In this document: in pieces, positions 27,837 to 39,665 of the stretch | How the letters are laid out: each line of letters begins with the position of its first letter | How positions within the stretch are numbered: the stretch's first letter is position 1 | Source of the DNA: an uncultured Cyanobium sp. | Lineage (GTDB): Bacteria > Cyanobacteriota > Cyanobacteriia > PCC-6307 > Cyanobiaceae | Assembly (NCBI GenBank): GCA_964402615.1 | Contig: CAYOCW010000001.1 | Span: forward strand, 5,100 to 69,099 | Length of the DNA stretch: 64,000 nucleotides | Reading direction: 5' to 3' | Position numbers and translations under genes: made by a program | The notes under the pieces: model-generated | Database searches by the model: none | Seen by the model: only the letters and a program-made list of their open reading frames with translations | Told to the model about the DNA's origin: nothing

Positions 27837-29147
27837 TCAGCTGTCATCAGGATGATGGCCGAGCTCAAACAGATCTTCCAAAACACGCATGGCCTGATGG
27901 CGTAGCTGGCGGGGTTGGGGAGATCGCAGGCGGGTCACGGGGGTATGCAAAATTTTGTTGACGATCCCTTTGCTGAGAGCCTCAACGACTTTGCGCTCCC
28001 TTGCGGAAAGGTCTGGCCCCATACGGCTCAGAGCTTTTTGTAGCTCTTGCTCACGAATGTCTTCGAGATGCAAGCGCAACCGATTGACCAGGGGGACAGC
28101 CTCCAAACCGTCCCACCATTCTAAAAACTGGCGAGCTTCATCCTGGAGAAGGGTTTCGGCCTCTGCCGCCATCTCACGACGCGCCTCCTGATTGCGCGCG
28201 ACCACCTCCTGAAGATCATCAACATCAAAGGACTCAACACCCTGGAGTTCAGCGGCATCCGAGCTGATATTGCGAGGCACACCGATGTCGATGAGCATCA
28301 GACTGGAGCGTCGATTCAAACCGCTGAGGCGTTGTGACGTGATGATCGGTTCGTCGCTGCCTGTGCTGGTAAAGACAAGCGAGCAGGTGCTGAGGCAGTG
28401 ATCAAGATCCGTTAATGGACGGCACTGTACCGGCAGCTCGGGAAAATCAGCGGCCAAACTCTCAGCCCGTTCCAGCGTACGGTTGAGCAAAACCAATCCG
28501 CGGCATCCCTTCGCCTGCAGATGCTGAAGTAGCAATCTAGCCATGCGACCAGCGCCGACCACAGCAACCTGCTCCTGATCAAGCGGCAACAACTCTTGAC
28601 TGCCGCGCCCCTGAGCGAGCTTCAGTTGAGCCAGCTCGACGGCAGCAGAGCTGATCGAAACAGCTCCCGTGCCGAGGTTGGTTTCGCTCCGGACACGCTT
28701 GCCCGTGCTGACGGCCTGCGTGAGCAGACGGTTGAGAATGGGTCCGATGGAGCGATACTCCTGACCCAGACGAACCATCTTCTTGACCTGGGCCAAGATC
28801 TGGCCCTCGCCCAAGACCAAGCTGTCGAGTCCGGCTGAGACACGCAGAAGATGAGAGATGGCATCTTCATGGTGGTACGTGAACAGATGGGGCTGCAGCT
28901 GTTCAAGACTTAAACCTGAAACCTGGGTTAGGAAGGCTGCAATCGACTCGATACCAAGTTCCGGATGGCGCAGCAGCGTGTAAATCTCAAGGCGGTTACA
29001 GGTGCTGAGGATTGAAGCCTCAAGCACCTGATCATCAGACCGCAAGCGAGCCAACGAGACTTCCATGCTCTGCTCAGGAATGCTGAGCCGCTCCCGGACC
29101 TCAACCGGGGCCGTGCGATGGCTCAGGCCGACGACGGCAATGTGCAT
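27837..29147 (-). CDS. hemA: glutamyl-tRNA reductase
   Basis: GLSHRTAPVEVRE, STCNRLE, GLDSLVLGEGQI, DIGVPRN. Confidence 0.97.
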   Translation of the reverse strand: MHIAVVGLSHRTAPVEVRERLSIPEQSMEVSLARLRSDDQVLEASILSTCNRLEIYTLLRHPELGIESIAAFLTQVSGLSLEQLQPHLFTYHHEDAISHLLRVSAGLDSLVLGEGQILAQVKKMVRLGQEYRSIGPILNRLLTQAVSTGKRVRSETNLGTGAVSISSAAVELAQLKLAQGRGSQELLPLDQEQVAVVGAGRMARLLLQHLQAKGCRGLVLLNRTLERAESLAADFPELPVQCRPLTDLDHCLSTCSLVFTSTGSDEPIITSQRLSGLNRRSSLMLIDIGVPRNISSDAAELQGVESFDVDDLQEVVARNQEARREMAAEAETLLQDEARQFLEWWDGLEAVPLVNRLRLHLEDIREQELQKALSRMGPDLSARERKVVEALSKGIVNKILHTPVTRLRSPQPRQLRHQAMRVLEDLFELGHHPDDS

Positions 29148-29182
29148 GAAAGACAGTCCTCGCTGAAAAATGGCTGTGTTCG

Positions 29183-30187
29183 TTAGCGAAGAGCGATGCT
29201 GAGTGCACCGGGCTTGATGTGCACGGTATCGGTAAACCGAGCCGTATTATCGAGGGTGCTAATCACCAATGAACTGGTCCGCACACAATCGCGCTCAAAC
29301 TTAACGCCGTTGAACAGGAGACCGTCAGTGATTCCTGTGGCCGCAAAGACCACATTGGCACCGCAAGCCAGTTCCTCAGCTTCATAGACCTTATCAGGGT
29401 CGGCGATGCCCATTTCGGCCAAACGAGCCAGGTTCCCTTCACGGGTCAACCCCTCCCACTCCTTGGTTTGGGCTACCGCTGGATCGTAGACGAGTTGTCC
29501 CTGGAAGTGACCACCGAGTGCCCTCAGTGCTGCTGCAGAGATCACTCCTTCTGGTGCTGCGCCAATTCCCATCAAACAGTGCGTACCCGTTCCGGCAAAT
29601 CCACAGGCGATTGCCGCCTGCACATCACCATCGGAGATCGGTTGCACCCGAGCGCCGGTGCTACGAATTTCAGCAATCAGATCCTTATGCCGGGCACGAT
29701 CCATGACCACGATCACCAAATCACTGGCCGGAATGCCCAGTGCCTCACTCAGGATGGCGATATTCTCCGTTGCGGATTTGCGAATATCCACTTTCCCCTT
29801 AGCCGCTGGCGGCGCAGCTAACTTCTTCATATAAAAGTCAGGAGCATTGAACAGGCCGCCACGGTCAGAGGCGGCCAACACCGCCATCGAGCCCCGTTGC
29901 GAGTTGGCGCAAAGATTGGTGCCTTCGCAGGGGTCCACCGCGAAATCGACACCCGGTCCCGTGCCCGTGCCCACCTCCTCGCCGATGTAAAGCATTGGAG
30001 CCTCGTCGCGCTCACCCTCGCCGATCACGATGCGACCCTGCATGCTGATCTGCCCCATGCGCTGGCGCATGGCTTCGACAGCAGCCGCATCGGCCTCGTT
30101 CTTGAGACCAAGACCGGTCAGTTTTGCCGAGGCGATGGCCGCCTGTTCGACGACCTCAAGGATTTCTTGGATAAGGGTGCGATCCAC
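29183..30187 (-). CDS. glpX: fructose-1,6-/sedoheptulose-1,7-bisphosphatase class II
   Basis: [35 protein letters not shown]. Confidence 0.97.
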   Translation of the reverse strand: MDRTLIQEILEVVEQAAIASAKLTGLGLKNEADAAAVEAMRQRMGQISMQGRIVIGEGERDEAPMLYIGEEVGTGTGPGVDFAVDPCEGTNLCANSQRGSMAVLAASDRGGLFNAPDFYMKKLAAPPAAKGKVDIRKSATENIAILSEALGIPASDLVIVVMDRARHKDLIAEIRSTGARVQPISDGDVQAAIACGFAGTGTHCLMGIGAAPEGVISAAALRALGGHFQGQLVYDPAVAQTKEWEGLTREGNLARLAEMGIADPDKVYEAEELACGANVVFAATGITDGLLFNGVKFERDCVRTSSLVISTLDNTARFTDTVHIKPGALSIALR

Positions 30188-30481
30188 AGCAGTCCAGCGA
30201 GTGTGAGGGTGGGCAGGGAGGAGGCGGCCGGTCGTGAGGCGTCAGGTGGAGGGGTGACTCAGCCCGGGACAGCGATCGGAGGGTCGCAGGGAGACGCCAG
30301 AGACGCCGCGGGATGAGGCTCCGCGCAGTTGGGACGACCCGGTCGAGGACTGGGGATGCGTCGACGCCGCTGAACCTCCGGCTCTGAAGCGCGGCCATCG
30401 TATCAGCGCGGCCGCAGCCCTCCCCTGGGAAGCGGCGCAGCTAGTCTCTACAATCTCAGCTCCCGCTCCAGGCCCGTCCCG

Positions 30482-31165
30482 ATGAGCACCAAACCTCTTG
30501 TGATCGCGCCATCGATCCTTTCTGCCGACTTCAGCCGTCTTGGTGATGATGTCCGTGCCGTCGACGAGGCAGGCGCCGACTGGATCCACGTGGACGTGAT
30601 GGACGGACGGTTTGTGCCCAACATTACGATCGGCCCCCTGATTGTGGAGGCGCTTCGCCCGGTCACGCAGAAGCCCCTCGACGTGCATCTCATGATCGTC
30701 GAGCCTGAAAAATACGTGCCCGACTTTGCTCGCGCTGGGGCCGACATCATCTCTGTTCAGGTGGAGGCTTGTCCTCACCTGCATCGCAACCTGAGCCAAA
30801 TCAAGGATCTTGGCAAGCAGGCTGGCGCCGTGCTCAACCCCAGCACACCTTTGAGCAGTATCGAGGCTTGCCTGGAGCTGTGCGATTTGGTGTTGATCAT
30901 GAGTGTCAACCCTGGCTTCGGCGGGCAAAGTTTCATCGAAAGCCAAGTGCAAAAGATCCGTGAGCTGCGCCAACTCTGCACCGACCGGGGTCTGGACCCA
31001 TGGATCGAAGTCGATGGTGGCATCAAAGCCAATAATGCCTGGAAGGTGATCGAGGCAGGCGCTAACGCCATCGTCAGCGGCTCCGGCGTTTTCGGGCTGA
31101 GCGACTACGCCGAAGCCATCCGCGGAATCCGCGCGAGCCGTCGCCCCGAGCCTGCGCTGGTCTGA
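30482..31165 (+). CDS. rpe: ribulose-phosphate 3-epimerase
   Basis: [32 protein letters not shown]. Confidence 0.98.
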   Translation: MSTKPLVIAPSILSADFSRLGDDVRAVDEAGADWIHVDVMDGRFVPNITIGPLIVEALRPVTQKPLDVHLMIVEPEKYVPDFARAGADIISVQVEACPHLHRNLSQIKDLGKQAGAVLNPSTPLSSIEACLELCDLVLIMSVNPGFGGQSFIESQVQKIRELRQLCTDRGLDPWIEVDGGIKANNAWKVIEAGANAIVSGSGVFGLSDYAEAIRGIRASRRPEPALV

Positions 31166-31176
31166 TCGTTAAAATT

Positions 31177-31216
31177 GTTCGTGCCCTGCCGGTTGTCGAG
31201 CTCGGCAGGGGCGAAC
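31177..31216. terminator. hairpin after rpe, in the convergent rpe/ccsB gap
   Basis: GTTCG..CCCTGCCG / CGGCAGGG.CGAAC stem 12 bp after the rpe stop. Confidence 0.5.
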
Positions 31217-31416
31217 CACATCAAATTTCGACGCCGGAATCGTAACAAAGCATGACAGACGCCAATGGCGTTGCCTGCATCGCATCAAATATCTCATCTT
31301 GCTTCAAGAGGCTGTTCATCTTTTTCAGGGATGCATGAACGCGTCACGGAAACAAAAGCCCCCAGCCAATCCCGGCCAAAAGTCTATTAACCGGAAGTTC
31401 AATCTTTGACAACATA

Positions 31417-31451
31417 CTTGTACAGCCCAGGAAACGGCCGGGCTGCACAAG
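31417..31451 (-). terminator. hairpin after ccsB
   Basis: Minus strand CTTGTGCAGCCC...GGGCTGTACAAG (one G-U pair) 8 bp after the stop. Confidence 0.5.
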
Positions 31452-31459
31452 CATAGACC

Positions 31460-32395
31460 TTAGCGATCAAAGAACCAACCATAACTATGTAGGCCAATCC
31501 CAAGCAGGTTCACACCGATATAACAGACTCCAATCACCACTAAGCCAGCTACGGCAACAATGGCCGGGCGTCGACCCTGCCAACCTCGGATCAACCGGGT
31601 GTGCAGATAGGCAGCGTAGACAAGCCAACAGATCAACGCCCAAGTTTCCTTCGGGTCCCAACTCCACCAGCTGCCCCAAGCTTCATTCGCCCAGACGGCG
31701 CCACTCACCAGTCCAACGGAAAGCAACAAAAATCCGACGGTAATCGTGCGGTAGCTAAGGCTGTCGAGCTGCTCGCTGATCCGAAAACGAGTGCTGCTCA
31801 AGGCCATGGCCCCAGGGCCATCCAACGCGAGAGATGCTTGTCGATAGCCACCGCTTCCGATCGAACTGCTGCGCAACTCAAGGACGTCATTGCGGTCAAC
31901 GAATAACACCGCGAAGGAGAGCAGTGACCCAACCAGCAGCGCTGCGTAGCTCAACATGATCACGCTGACATGCATCACCAACCAGCTAGAGCGCAGGGCG
32001 GGAACTAGTGGCGAGGCATTTTGGAGGCGATCCGGCAGGGCAAAGCTGGCAAAGGCAACACAGCCGAGCGCCATCGGCGTGGCCGCCGCCGGGACGAGGG
32101 GACTAGGCCAACTGCGTTCAACCAGCAGCTGGGTGATGGTGCAGCCCCAGGCCAGGAAACACAAGGATTCATAAAGGTTGCTGATCGGGAAATGCCCCGA
32201 ATCCAGCCAGCGCAGCACGAGCTGTGCGGTCAAGCTGAGATTGGCAGCGGCTACGAGAACGCGCACAACGGGGCTTGAGCCCCCGCCGCTCAGGCTCCAG
32301 AAAGCCAGAGGTAGAGCAGTCAACAACAGCCCAAAGGCCAGCAGGCCCAACCCAATCACAGGATCAAAACCCAGGGAGACAGGCAGCACAGGCAT
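31460..32395 (-). CDS. ccsB: c-type cytochrome biogenesis protein CcsB/CcsA
   Basis: [51 protein letters not shown]. Confidence 0.95.
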   Translation of the reverse strand: MPVLPVSLGFDPVIGLGLLAFGLLLTALPLAFWSLSGGGSSPVVRVLVAAANLSLTAQLVLRWLDSGHFPISNLYESLCFLAWGCTITQLLVERSWPSPLVPAAATPMALGCVAFASFALPDRLQNASPLVPALRSSWLVMHVSVIMLSYAALLVGSLLSFAVLFVDRNDVLELRSSSIGSGGYRQASLALDGPGAMALSSTRFRISEQLDSLSYRTITVGFLLLSVGLVSGAVWANEAWGSWWSWDPKETWALICWLVYAAYLHTRLIRGWQGRRPAIVAVAGLVVIGVCYIGVNLLGIGLHSYGWFFDR

Positions 32396-32435
32396 CAGTA
32401 GCAGGCAGGTTTCATTCTGGCTGGTCGGTGGTGCT

Positions 32436-33623
32436 TCAGCGGCTCGCCTGACGCAAAAGCACAGCGCCAATCGTCAAGCCAATCAAAACCGGACTCCAAG
32501 CTGCCATGATTGCCGGCAAACTCCCCGTCACGCCAAGAGAGCTAAAAATGAAAGACATTAGATAATAACCAAAGATTAAAATGACACTAATTCCAAAGCC
32601 TTGGCTACGACTAGTGCGTGCGTTTGGACGCACGCCAAGGCTGCTACCGATTAATCCGAAAACAAGACAAATGGCCGGCAAAGCAAACTTTTCTTGAATC
32701 CGCACCCGCATACGCCGCGCCTCTTTTACGTTGTTCGCTTCGCGCAAAAGGCGCTCAGCGCGAACCGCCTGACCAACCGTCATCATCGTGGCATCTGTTG
32801 GGAGCTGAGCAACTTGAATGGGACCTTGACCCATAGAATATTGATAATTTGAGAATCGAGCCGTGGTTGTACTACCATTCATTTCATCGATATTGACCAG
32901 TCGCCCGTTCCAAAAGTTCCACATCCCAGTCTTGGGATCCCAAACTCCGGTTTTGGCCGTTAGCATCTGCCTCTGACCAGGATGGGAAAAGTCGAGCAGG
33001 GTGATATCAACCATCAACCCTTTGAGATAATACCGCGAATAAAATAGCTGTGTTAACCGGCGCTCACTCTTGCCGTCCTTTGTTCGAATATCGGCGAAGT
33101 TCGAGTAGAGAGTATCATTTGACCGCTCAGCCGCAATTGCGCTTCCCAGCGCTCTCTCCAGCGTATCAGCAGCCTGCAGATTAGATTGTGGCACAACAAT
33201 ATCATTAAAGACAAATGTTAAGACACTCATGGCCAATGACAGCGCTAAAGCAGGGAGTACCATCCGCGACGAGCGCACGCCAACACTGCGGAGGGCCGTC
33301 AGCTCCGAATTGCTGGAGAGCCTGCTGTAGGCCAGCAGCGTTGCCATCAACGTGGCCATCGGGAACGACAGAACCAGAAACCCCGGCATCTTCAACACCA
33401 GAATCTGGAGAGCCGCCCAGGCCGGTAAACCTGACTCGGCAATACGGCGCACCAAATCGAACAGCACACCGACGGATAGAGAAACAGCGGTGAAGGCAGC
33501 GATGCCAAACAACAATGGCGCCGTCAGCTCCTGGAGCAACCAGCGATCCAGCAACGGCAGACGTTGCCAAGCCAATCTCCTAGTCAGGGGACGCAACACG
33601 GAGAATCGAACCATGGACTTCAC
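32436..33623 (-). CDS. LptF/LptG-family permease
   Basis: [35 protein letters not shown]; follows lptB. Confidence 0.9.
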   Translation of the reverse strand: MKSMVRFSVLRPLTRRLAWQRLPLLDRWLLQELTAPLLFGIAAFTAVSLSVGVLFDLVRRIAESGLPAWAALQILVLKMPGFLVLSFPMATLMATLLAYSRLSSNSELTALRSVGVRSSRMVLPALALSLAMSVLTFVFNDIVVPQSNLQAADTLERALGSAIAAERSNDTLYSNFADIRTKDGKSERRLTQLFYSRYYLKGLMVDITLLDFSHPGQRQMLTAKTGVWDPKTGMWNFWNGRLVNIDEMNGSTTTARFSNYQYSMGQGPIQVAQLPTDATMMTVGQAVRAERLLREANNVKEARRMRVRIQEKFALPAICLVFGLIGSSLGVRPNARTSRSQGFGISVILIFGYYLMSFIFSSLGVTGSLPAIMAAWSPVLIGLTIGAVLLRQASR

Positions 33624-34348
33624 AACTGGAAGCCTTCGCCAAGGTAATGACGACGGACCAAGGGATCAGAAGCCATCGCCTCTGAACTACCGCTAGCCAG
33701 GATTCGGCCGTCCGTCAAAATATAGGCGCGATCTGTAATCGCCAATGTCTCACGAACATTATGGTCCGTAATCAACACTCCCATGCCACGCTCTCGTAAA
33801 CGATTGATTAACTCTTGAAGATCAGCCACCGCTAGAGGATCAACACCGGCAAACGGCTCATCGAGCAGCAGATAGCTTGGACCGGCCACACCTACAGCCA
33901 GAGCTCGGGCCACCTCACAGCGGCGGCGCTCACCACCGGAGAGCTGAAAACCGAGGCGATGTTGAAATGGCGCAAGATGAAATTCGGCAATTAACGTCTC
34001 CAGACGTTCGGCACACATTGCCCTAGGCGTACCACTTTCCTGCATGGCCAATCGTAGGTTGTCACGAACACTAAGTTGTCGGAAGACACTGGCTTCTTGG
34101 GGCAAGTAACCGATGCCAAGCCGAGCGCGCTCCGGCATGGTGTGGCTGGCCACGGAAACACCATTCAGCAATACCTCACCGTGATCTGGACTGATCAGTC
34201 CAGTGATGAGGTTGAATGTCGTTGTTTTGCCGGCGCCATTGGGACCCAGCAGCCCGACAACTTCGCCGCGACAAAGTTCCAGACTGATATCCGAGACGAG
34301 TGGCCGACCGCCGAGGCTAACGCCGACCCGATCGAGCACAAGGCTCAT
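33620..34348 (-). CDS. lptB: LPS export ABC transporter ATP-binding protein
   Basis: GPNGAGKTT, LSGGERRR, LLDEPFAGVDP, ITDHNVRETL. Confidence 0.95.
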   Translation of the reverse strand: MSLVLDRVGVSLGGRPLVSDISLELCRGEVVGLLGPNGAGKTTTFNLITGLISPDHGEVLLNGVSVASHTMPERARLGIGYLPQEASVFRQLSVRDNLRLAMQESGTPRAMCAERLETLIAEFHLAPFQHRLGFQLSGGERRRCEVARALAVGVAGPSYLLLDEPFAGVDPLAVADLQELINRLRERGMGVLITDHNVRETLAITDRAYILTDGRILASGSSEAMASDPLVRRHYLGEGFQL

Positions 34349-34938
34349 GGCAGCAGCGACCGCGGCGATGCAGAGCCCGAACTGTTCTCCAACCTCAGCC
34401 GGGTCTGGACCTGCTGTCCCTTGGCGGGCAGGGCAACTAAACGCTGCCCGTTCAGCAAAAAGACAATCTGCTCGGCCCGCAACTGTTGTCCATCTCGATC
34501 GATCACGTCAACATCGCCGCTCAGCACGAGGCGCCCCTCACGGCTGTAGTACTGGGCCTGTCGCGCCGTAGCCACCATGCCCCGATCCGGGTAGGTGATG
34601 CGCACGTTACCAATAGCGGTGACGACACCCGTCATATTGTCGGCTTGCTGCTGGTCCGATTCGATCGTCACCAGGCCACGGCGCGGCTCAGTCTTGGTAG
34701 GCCCCGCTGCGGTCCCAGGCTTGGCTGCGCTCCCAGGCGTGGCTGGGGTAGAGGGACTGGCCGATCGACTGGGCAGTGCCAGCACAGGGATCGTGGAGAT
34801 CAGGCCCATGACCAGCCAGGCAAACAGGGCTCCAAGACGGGGAGCACGCCAGCCACACCAGGCGTGGTAGGCGGGTCTGGCTGGGGGAGCGGAGACGGCT
34901 GTCAATAGCGTCGGAAGTGGCAGCGTGCGGATGCTCAA
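34345..34938 (-). CDS. lptA: LptA/OstA-family protein; start uncertain
   Basis: VTIESDQQQADN..GVVTAIGNVRI...ATARQAQYYS...VLSGDV. Confidence 0.8.
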   Translation of the reverse strand: MSIRTLPLPTLLTAVSAPPARPAYHAWCGWRAPRLGALFAWLVMGLISTIPVLALPSRSASPSTPATPGSAAKPGTAAGPTKTEPRRGLVTIESDQQQADNMTGVVTAIGNVRITYPDRGMVATARQAQYYSREGRLVLSGDVDVIDRDGQQLRAEQIVFLLNGQRLVALPAKGQQVQTRLRLENSSGSASPRSLLP

Positions 34939-35336
34939 TGTAGCGAGGGTGCGTCTGAAAGTCGGTCAAGCCGTAGGGGAGGGCAACCATCCAGCGACAG
35001 ACCCCTCTGCAGACGCTGCAGGCGCACCTGGGCCAGGGTCTTCAGGGTCTGGATGTCCAGCCCCAAAACGTTGTCATCGACCAAGGACAATCGACCAATC
35101 CCCTCACCAAGGAGAATCATGGCACCGTTTGAGTTGTCCCGCTCCAGATGGAGATGGGCCACAGCGATCTGGAGAACCCCCTGCAAGACCGGTCGCACCG
35201 GTCCTTGGGTCTCATGCCAGAGCTCCTCGAAGAGGTCGTGGGCCGCGTACCAATCGCTGGCATTGAAAGAGTTCAAGCCAACTGCCAGTCGCGGATCCTG
35301 CATCAGCGAGTCTTCTTCACTGCCCATTCGAAGCAA
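34935..35336 (-). CDS. DUF309-family protein
   Basis: FNASDWYAAHDLFEELW, LQGVLQIAVAHLH, ILLGEG. Confidence 0.85.
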   Translation of the reverse strand: MLRMGSEEDSLMQDPRLAVGLNSFNASDWYAAHDLFEELWHETQGPVRPVLQGVLQIAVAHLHLERDNSNGAMILLGEGIGRLSLVDDNVLGLDIQTLKTLAQVRLQRLQRGLSLDGCPPLRLDRLSDAPSLH

Positions 35337-35361
35337 CAGGTGTTGAAAGGTTGGAATCCAG

Positions 35362-37170
35362 TCAACGTCGGGCAGGCTTACGCGAGGATAGCTTACGCAG
35401 ACGAATCGTCTCTGGGGTCACCTCGAGCATTTCATCAGGACCGATGTACTCAAGAGCGCGTTCCAAGGTCATCTGCAGGGGGGTTTGCAGGGTATCCAGT
35501 TCCTCTGCACCAGCCGATCGCATGTTGGTCAGCTGTTTTGTCTTACAGACATTGATTTCAAGGTCTTGCGGGCGATTGTGTTCGCCAACAATCATCCCTT
35601 TGTAAACCTTGGTGCCAGGAGTAATAAAGAATTGGCCACGATCTTCAGCATTTTTCAAGGCATAGAAGGTTGAAGCTCCCTCCTCAAAGGCAATCAAGAC
35701 CCCATTCCGCCTTGTCGCAAAATCACCTTGCATGGGGCGGTAATCGAGAAAAGAGTGACTCATAATTCCTTCACCTCGCGTCGCTCGGATAAACTCGCCA
35801 CGGAAACCGATCAAGCCTCTGGAGGGCACGACAAATTCCAACTGGGTTCGGCCGTCACTAGAGGTTTCCATGTTCTGCATCTCACCCTTACGCATCCCCA
35901 GTTTTTCGATGCAGGAACCAACAGCTTCCTCGGGAACATCCATCACCAACGTCTCGAATGGCTCATGGGGCGTACCATCGATGGTGCGGAAAATGACCTG
36001 GGGTTGGCTGACTTGAAACTCATAACCCTCCCGGCGCATCGTTTCGATCAAGATGCCGAGGTGCAATTCACCCCGCCCACTGACGGACCAACGGTCTGGA
36101 GAGTCTGTATCCTCAACACGCAAGGCAACATTCGTTAGCAATTCTCGCTGCAACCTGTCGCGGACTTGACGACTTGTTACAAACTTGCCTTCCTTTCCTG
36201 CAAAGGGTGAGTCATTAACGACGAAGGTCATTTGCAAGGTGGGTTCGTCCACCCGGATCAAGGGCAATGCCTCTGGATTGTCTGGACAAGCGATCGTGTC
36301 TCCGATGGAAACTTCATCGAAGCCGGCCACAGCCACCAAATCTCCAGCACTGGCCTGGCCAATCTCAATCCTCTGCAAACCCTGGAATCCGAGCAGCTTG
36401 CTGATTCTGCCGCGTTTAATGCTGCCATCCTCACGAATCAAGGCTGCGCTTTGGCCAGCACGTATCGTGCCATTATGGATTCGACCAATCATGATACGGC
36501 CGAGAAAATCGCTGTAGTCAAGTGTGGTGACCTGCAGCTGCAACGGCTTCTGAGGATCACCAACAGGAGGTGGAACATGACGAAGTATAGCATCAAATAG
36601 CGGCTTCATAGTGTCACTTTCAGTCGCCATATCTGGCTTTGCAAATCCACCTAGACCACTACCGAAAAGATAGGGAAAATCACACTGGTCATCATCAGCG
36701 CCCAGTTCTAGAAAGAGATCCAAAACTTTATCGACGGCCACTTCAGGGTCGACTCGAGCTCGATCGATCTTGTTGACGAAGACGATTGGTCGTAGCCCTT
36801 TTTCAAGCGCTTTTTTCAACACAAACCGTGTTTGGGGCATCGGCCCCTCATTGGCATCGACGATCAGCAGACAGCCATCCACCATGCCAAGAACCCGCTC
36901 CACCTCACCACCAAAATCAGCGTGCCCTGGGGTATCGACGATATTGATCCGAATTCCGTTATAGTCGACAGCCGTATTTTTTGACAAAATTGTAATCCCG
37001 CGTTCACGCTCCAGATCGTTTGAATCGAGGATACAGGTTGGCACTGCTTCGTTATCGCGGAAAATTCCTGACTGTGCTAACAGGGCATCCACCAAGGTCG
37101 TCTTGCCGTGGTCGACGTGCGCGATAATGGCGATGTTGCGTATCAAGGCGCCTTTGGGTTCGCCGCTCAT
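35362..37170 (-). CDS. typA: translational GTPase TypA/BipA
   Basis: [45 protein letters not shown]. Confidence 0.98.
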   Translation of the reverse strand: MSGEPKGALIRNIAIIAHVDHGKTTLVDALLAQSGIFRDNEAVPTCILDSNDLERERGITILSKNTAVDYNGIRINIVDTPGHADFGGEVERVLGMVDGCLLIVDANEGPMPQTRFVLKKALEKGLRPIVFVNKIDRARVDPEVAVDKVLDLFLELGADDDQCDFPYLFGSGLGGFAKPDMATESDTMKPLFDAILRHVPPPVGDPQKPLQLQVTTLDYSDFLGRIMIGRIHNGTIRAGQSAALIREDGSIKRGRISKLLGFQGLQRIEIGQASAGDLVAVAGFDEVSIGDTIACPDNPEALPLIRVDEPTLQMTFVVNDSPFAGKEGKFVTSRQVRDRLQRELLTNVALRVEDTDSPDRWSVSGRGELHLGILIETMRREGYEFQVSQPQVIFRTIDGTPHEPFETLVMDVPEEAVGSCIEKLGMRKGEMQNMETSSDGRTQLEFVVPSRGLIGFRGEFIRATRGEGIMSHSFLDYRPMQGDFATRRNGVLIAFEEGASTFYALKNAEDRGQFFITPGTKVYKGMIVGEHNRPQDLEINVCKTKQLTNMRSAGAEELDTLQTPLQMTLERALEYIGPDEMLEVTPETIRLRKLSSRKPARR

Positions 37171-37274
37171 GGGCTTGGATCCTGGGGAATGGAAACGGGA
37201 CCGCTCCCGGCGACGTCAGGCGCACCACACGCCCGAGACGACTGAAGCGATTCTTGATCTTAGCCTCCAGTCGG

Positions 37275-38009
37275 TCAGGGGCCGCCAGCAGACCTGGCCA
37301 GCCGTGCGGCCGGTTCAAACAGCTTTAGAGCCGTGGTGCTGCCCTCGTAGCGCCAGTGCCAAGGCTCATAGGCCACTCCCTGGGGGTTGTGACGCGGGAA
37401 GGACAGCCTGAAATGGTAGCGTGCTGCGTTCTGCTTCAGCCAACGGAACGCGCGGGTGTGCTCGAAACCGCTGGCGAGGTCGGTTTGCGGTGCGCTGGCA
37501 TCGGCCAGATCGACGGCATAGCCGGTGCCATGTTCGGAAAAGCCTGGTGGGGCGCTTACTTTTGCCCGTGCCTCAGCTGTCTGGTTCCGGGCTGCGCCCA
37601 CCGCAAAGAACAGGTCGCGCTGCAGGGCTGTCGAACGGAAGGCGCTGAGCAGTCTGAGCTGCACCCCGTCGGCCCGAGCCGCCTCACGCATCGCCTGAAA
37701 GTCGGCCGCTGCATCGGCCCTCAACTGCAGCCCCGGCTCCACCCCAACCAGCTCGTCAGCCTGGGCTTCTGGATAGGGAAAATGACCGAGCAGCCGGCCA
37801 TCGGCGCTGAGCTTGGCGTTCAAGCCAGGCACAGGTGGCGCCTGCAACCAGGAGCGGAGCGGCCCGACGAACATCAGGGCGACAGCGCCGCCGGCCGCGA
37901 TGGTGGCGCCGAACAGACGCAGAGCCCGGGGGAACCAGGGCCCCTTGGCGCTCGGGGAGATGGTTCGACGGGCGAGGGGGATGTCATCCCCGACGCTGGA
38001 GCGTGGCAA
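37275..38009 (-). CDS. M15 D-Ala-D-Ala carboxypeptidase (VanY-like)
   Basis: SAFRS, SAPPGFSEHGTGYAVD, YEPWHWRY. Confidence 0.92.
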   Translation of the reverse strand: MPRSSVGDDIPLARRTISPSAKGPWFPRALRLFGATIAAGGAVALMFVGPLRSWLQAPPVPGLNAKLSADGRLLGHFPYPEAQADELVGVEPGLQLRADAAADFQAMREAARADGVQLRLLSAFRSTALQRDLFFAVGAARNQTAEARAKVSAPPGFSEHGTGYAVDLADASAPQTDLASGFEHTRAFRWLKQNAARYHFRLSFPRHNPQGVAYEPWHWRYEGSTTALKLFEPAARLARSAGGP

Positions 38010-38123
38010 GCGGCGGCACCCGATTCAGTTGATCCCGAACAACAGGTTACAGACCGTCAACGAACGACGGCCGGCAAGTGTTAAGTTCTGGAAGACATCC
38101 CTATGGCTGGAGAAAGTTTCAAA

Positions 38124-39512
38124 ATGTTGCGAGTCGCGGTTGTCGGCGGAGGGCCTAGTGGATCCTGTGCTGCCGAGGTTCTGGCCAAGGCAGGCATCCA
38201 AACCTGGCTGTTTGAACGAAAACTGGACAACGCCAAGCCCTGCGGTGGCGCCATTCCGCTCTGCATGGTCAGCGAGTTTGACATTCCCGAGTCAATCATC
38301 GACCGCAAAGTAAGGAATATGAAGATGATTTCTCCCTCAAACCGAGAGGTGGACATACATCTTGACAATCAAGCTGAGTATATTGGCATGTGTCGACGCG
38401 AAGTCCTTGATGCTTTTCTTCGAAATCGTGCCGCCGATCTTGGGGCGACATTGATCAACGGGCTTGTCCAGCGAATCGATACCGGCACAAACCGTCAAGG
38501 CCCCTACACGATTCACTACTCCGACTACGGCTCAGGTGGGCCTACCGGCGAAGCCAGGCAATTAGAAGTTGACCTGATTGTTGGCGCCGACGGAGCCAAC
38601 AGTCGTGTGGCCAAGGCGATGGATGCCGGTGACTATAACGTTGCGATTGCTTTTCAAGAGAGAATTCGGCTGCCAATGGAAGAGATGCGTTATTATGAAG
38701 ATCTCGCGGAAATGTATGTAGGAACCGATGTATCCCCTGATTTCTATGCCTGGGTTTTCCCCAAATATGATCATGTAGCTGTGGGCACCGGCACGATGCA
38801 AAAAAATCAGGCTTTGATCAAAAGTCTGCAGCGAGGCATTCGCGATCGGGCCAGCAAGCGACTGCTCAAGGGTGAGCTAATCAAGGTGGAGGCTCATCCA
38901 ATTCCCGAACATCCTCGGCCCCGCAGGGTTGTGGGGCGCATGGCTCTTGTGGGCGATGCTGCGGGTTATGTGACCAAAAGCTCCGGCGAGGGGATCTATT
39001 TCGCGGCCAAAAGTGGACGCATGTGTGCCGAGGAAATCGTGGCCGCAAGCGCTGCTGGGAGCCGCATTCCCAACGAGAAGGATCTTAAAATTTATCTCAA
39101 AAAGTGGGACCGCAAATATGGCTCTACCTACAAAGTTTTAGAGATTCTGCAGAATATTTTCTATAGCAACGACCCAGCACGCGAAGCTTTCGTAGAGATG
39201 TGCGCTGACAAAGATGTCCAGCGCCTCACTTTTGACAGCTATCTCTACAAGCGAGTTGTGCCGATGAATCCCTGGCAACAGCTCAAGCTCACGGTTTTGA
39301 CGCTGGCGTCGGTGCTGCGTGGTCAGGCTCTCGCTCCCGTGGGCTACAAACCCGTTCCCAGCGCAGTGCGCAGCGAGGCTGAAATTAACGCCATGCACGC
39401 CGAAGCGGTGGACATATCGAGCAGGACGGGTGAACACGATGAGGGGCAATCAAATATCGTCAAGACGTCCAGCAGCGGATCTGCGCCCCGCGCCAAGGTT
39501 GTCCGTGTTTAA
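38124..39512 (+). CDS. chlP: geranylgeranyl reductase
   Basis: MLRVAVVGGGPSG, AKPCGGAIP, SPDFYAWVFPK, GDAAG..SGEGIYFA. Confidence 0.97.
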   Translation: MLRVAVVGGGPSGSCAAEVLAKAGIQTWLFERKLDNAKPCGGAIPLCMVSEFDIPESIIDRKVRNMKMISPSNREVDIHLDNQAEYIGMCRREVLDAFLRNRAADLGATLINGLVQRIDTGTNRQGPYTIHYSDYGSGGPTGEARQLEVDLIVGADGANSRVAKAMDAGDYNVAIAFQERIRLPMEEMRYYEDLAEMYVGTDVSPDFYAWVFPKYDHVAVGTGTMQKNQALIKSLQRGIRDRASKRLLKGELIKVEAHPIPEHPRPRRVVGRMALVGDAAGYVTKSSGEGIYFAAKSGRMCAEEIVAASAAGSRIPNEKDLKIYLKKWDRKYGSTYKVLEILQNIFYSNDPAREAFVEMCADKDVQRLTFDSYLYKRVVPMNPWQQLKLTVLTLASVLRGQALAPVGYKPVPSAVRSEAEINAMHAEAVDISSRTGEHDEGQSNIVKTSSSGSAPRAKVVRV

Positions 39513-39665
39513 TGGAACCGTTTTAGCAGCAGCCAGCCCAGCTTTACGCGAGTAATATCGGTCCAGTAATTTCTAGTACAAGCAGGCGGGGTTCGGACCA
39601 TCCGTCCTGAGCTCGGGGCAGATCGTTGATCTCGCCAATCGGAGTCCGCCCCCGTTCCTTACGCG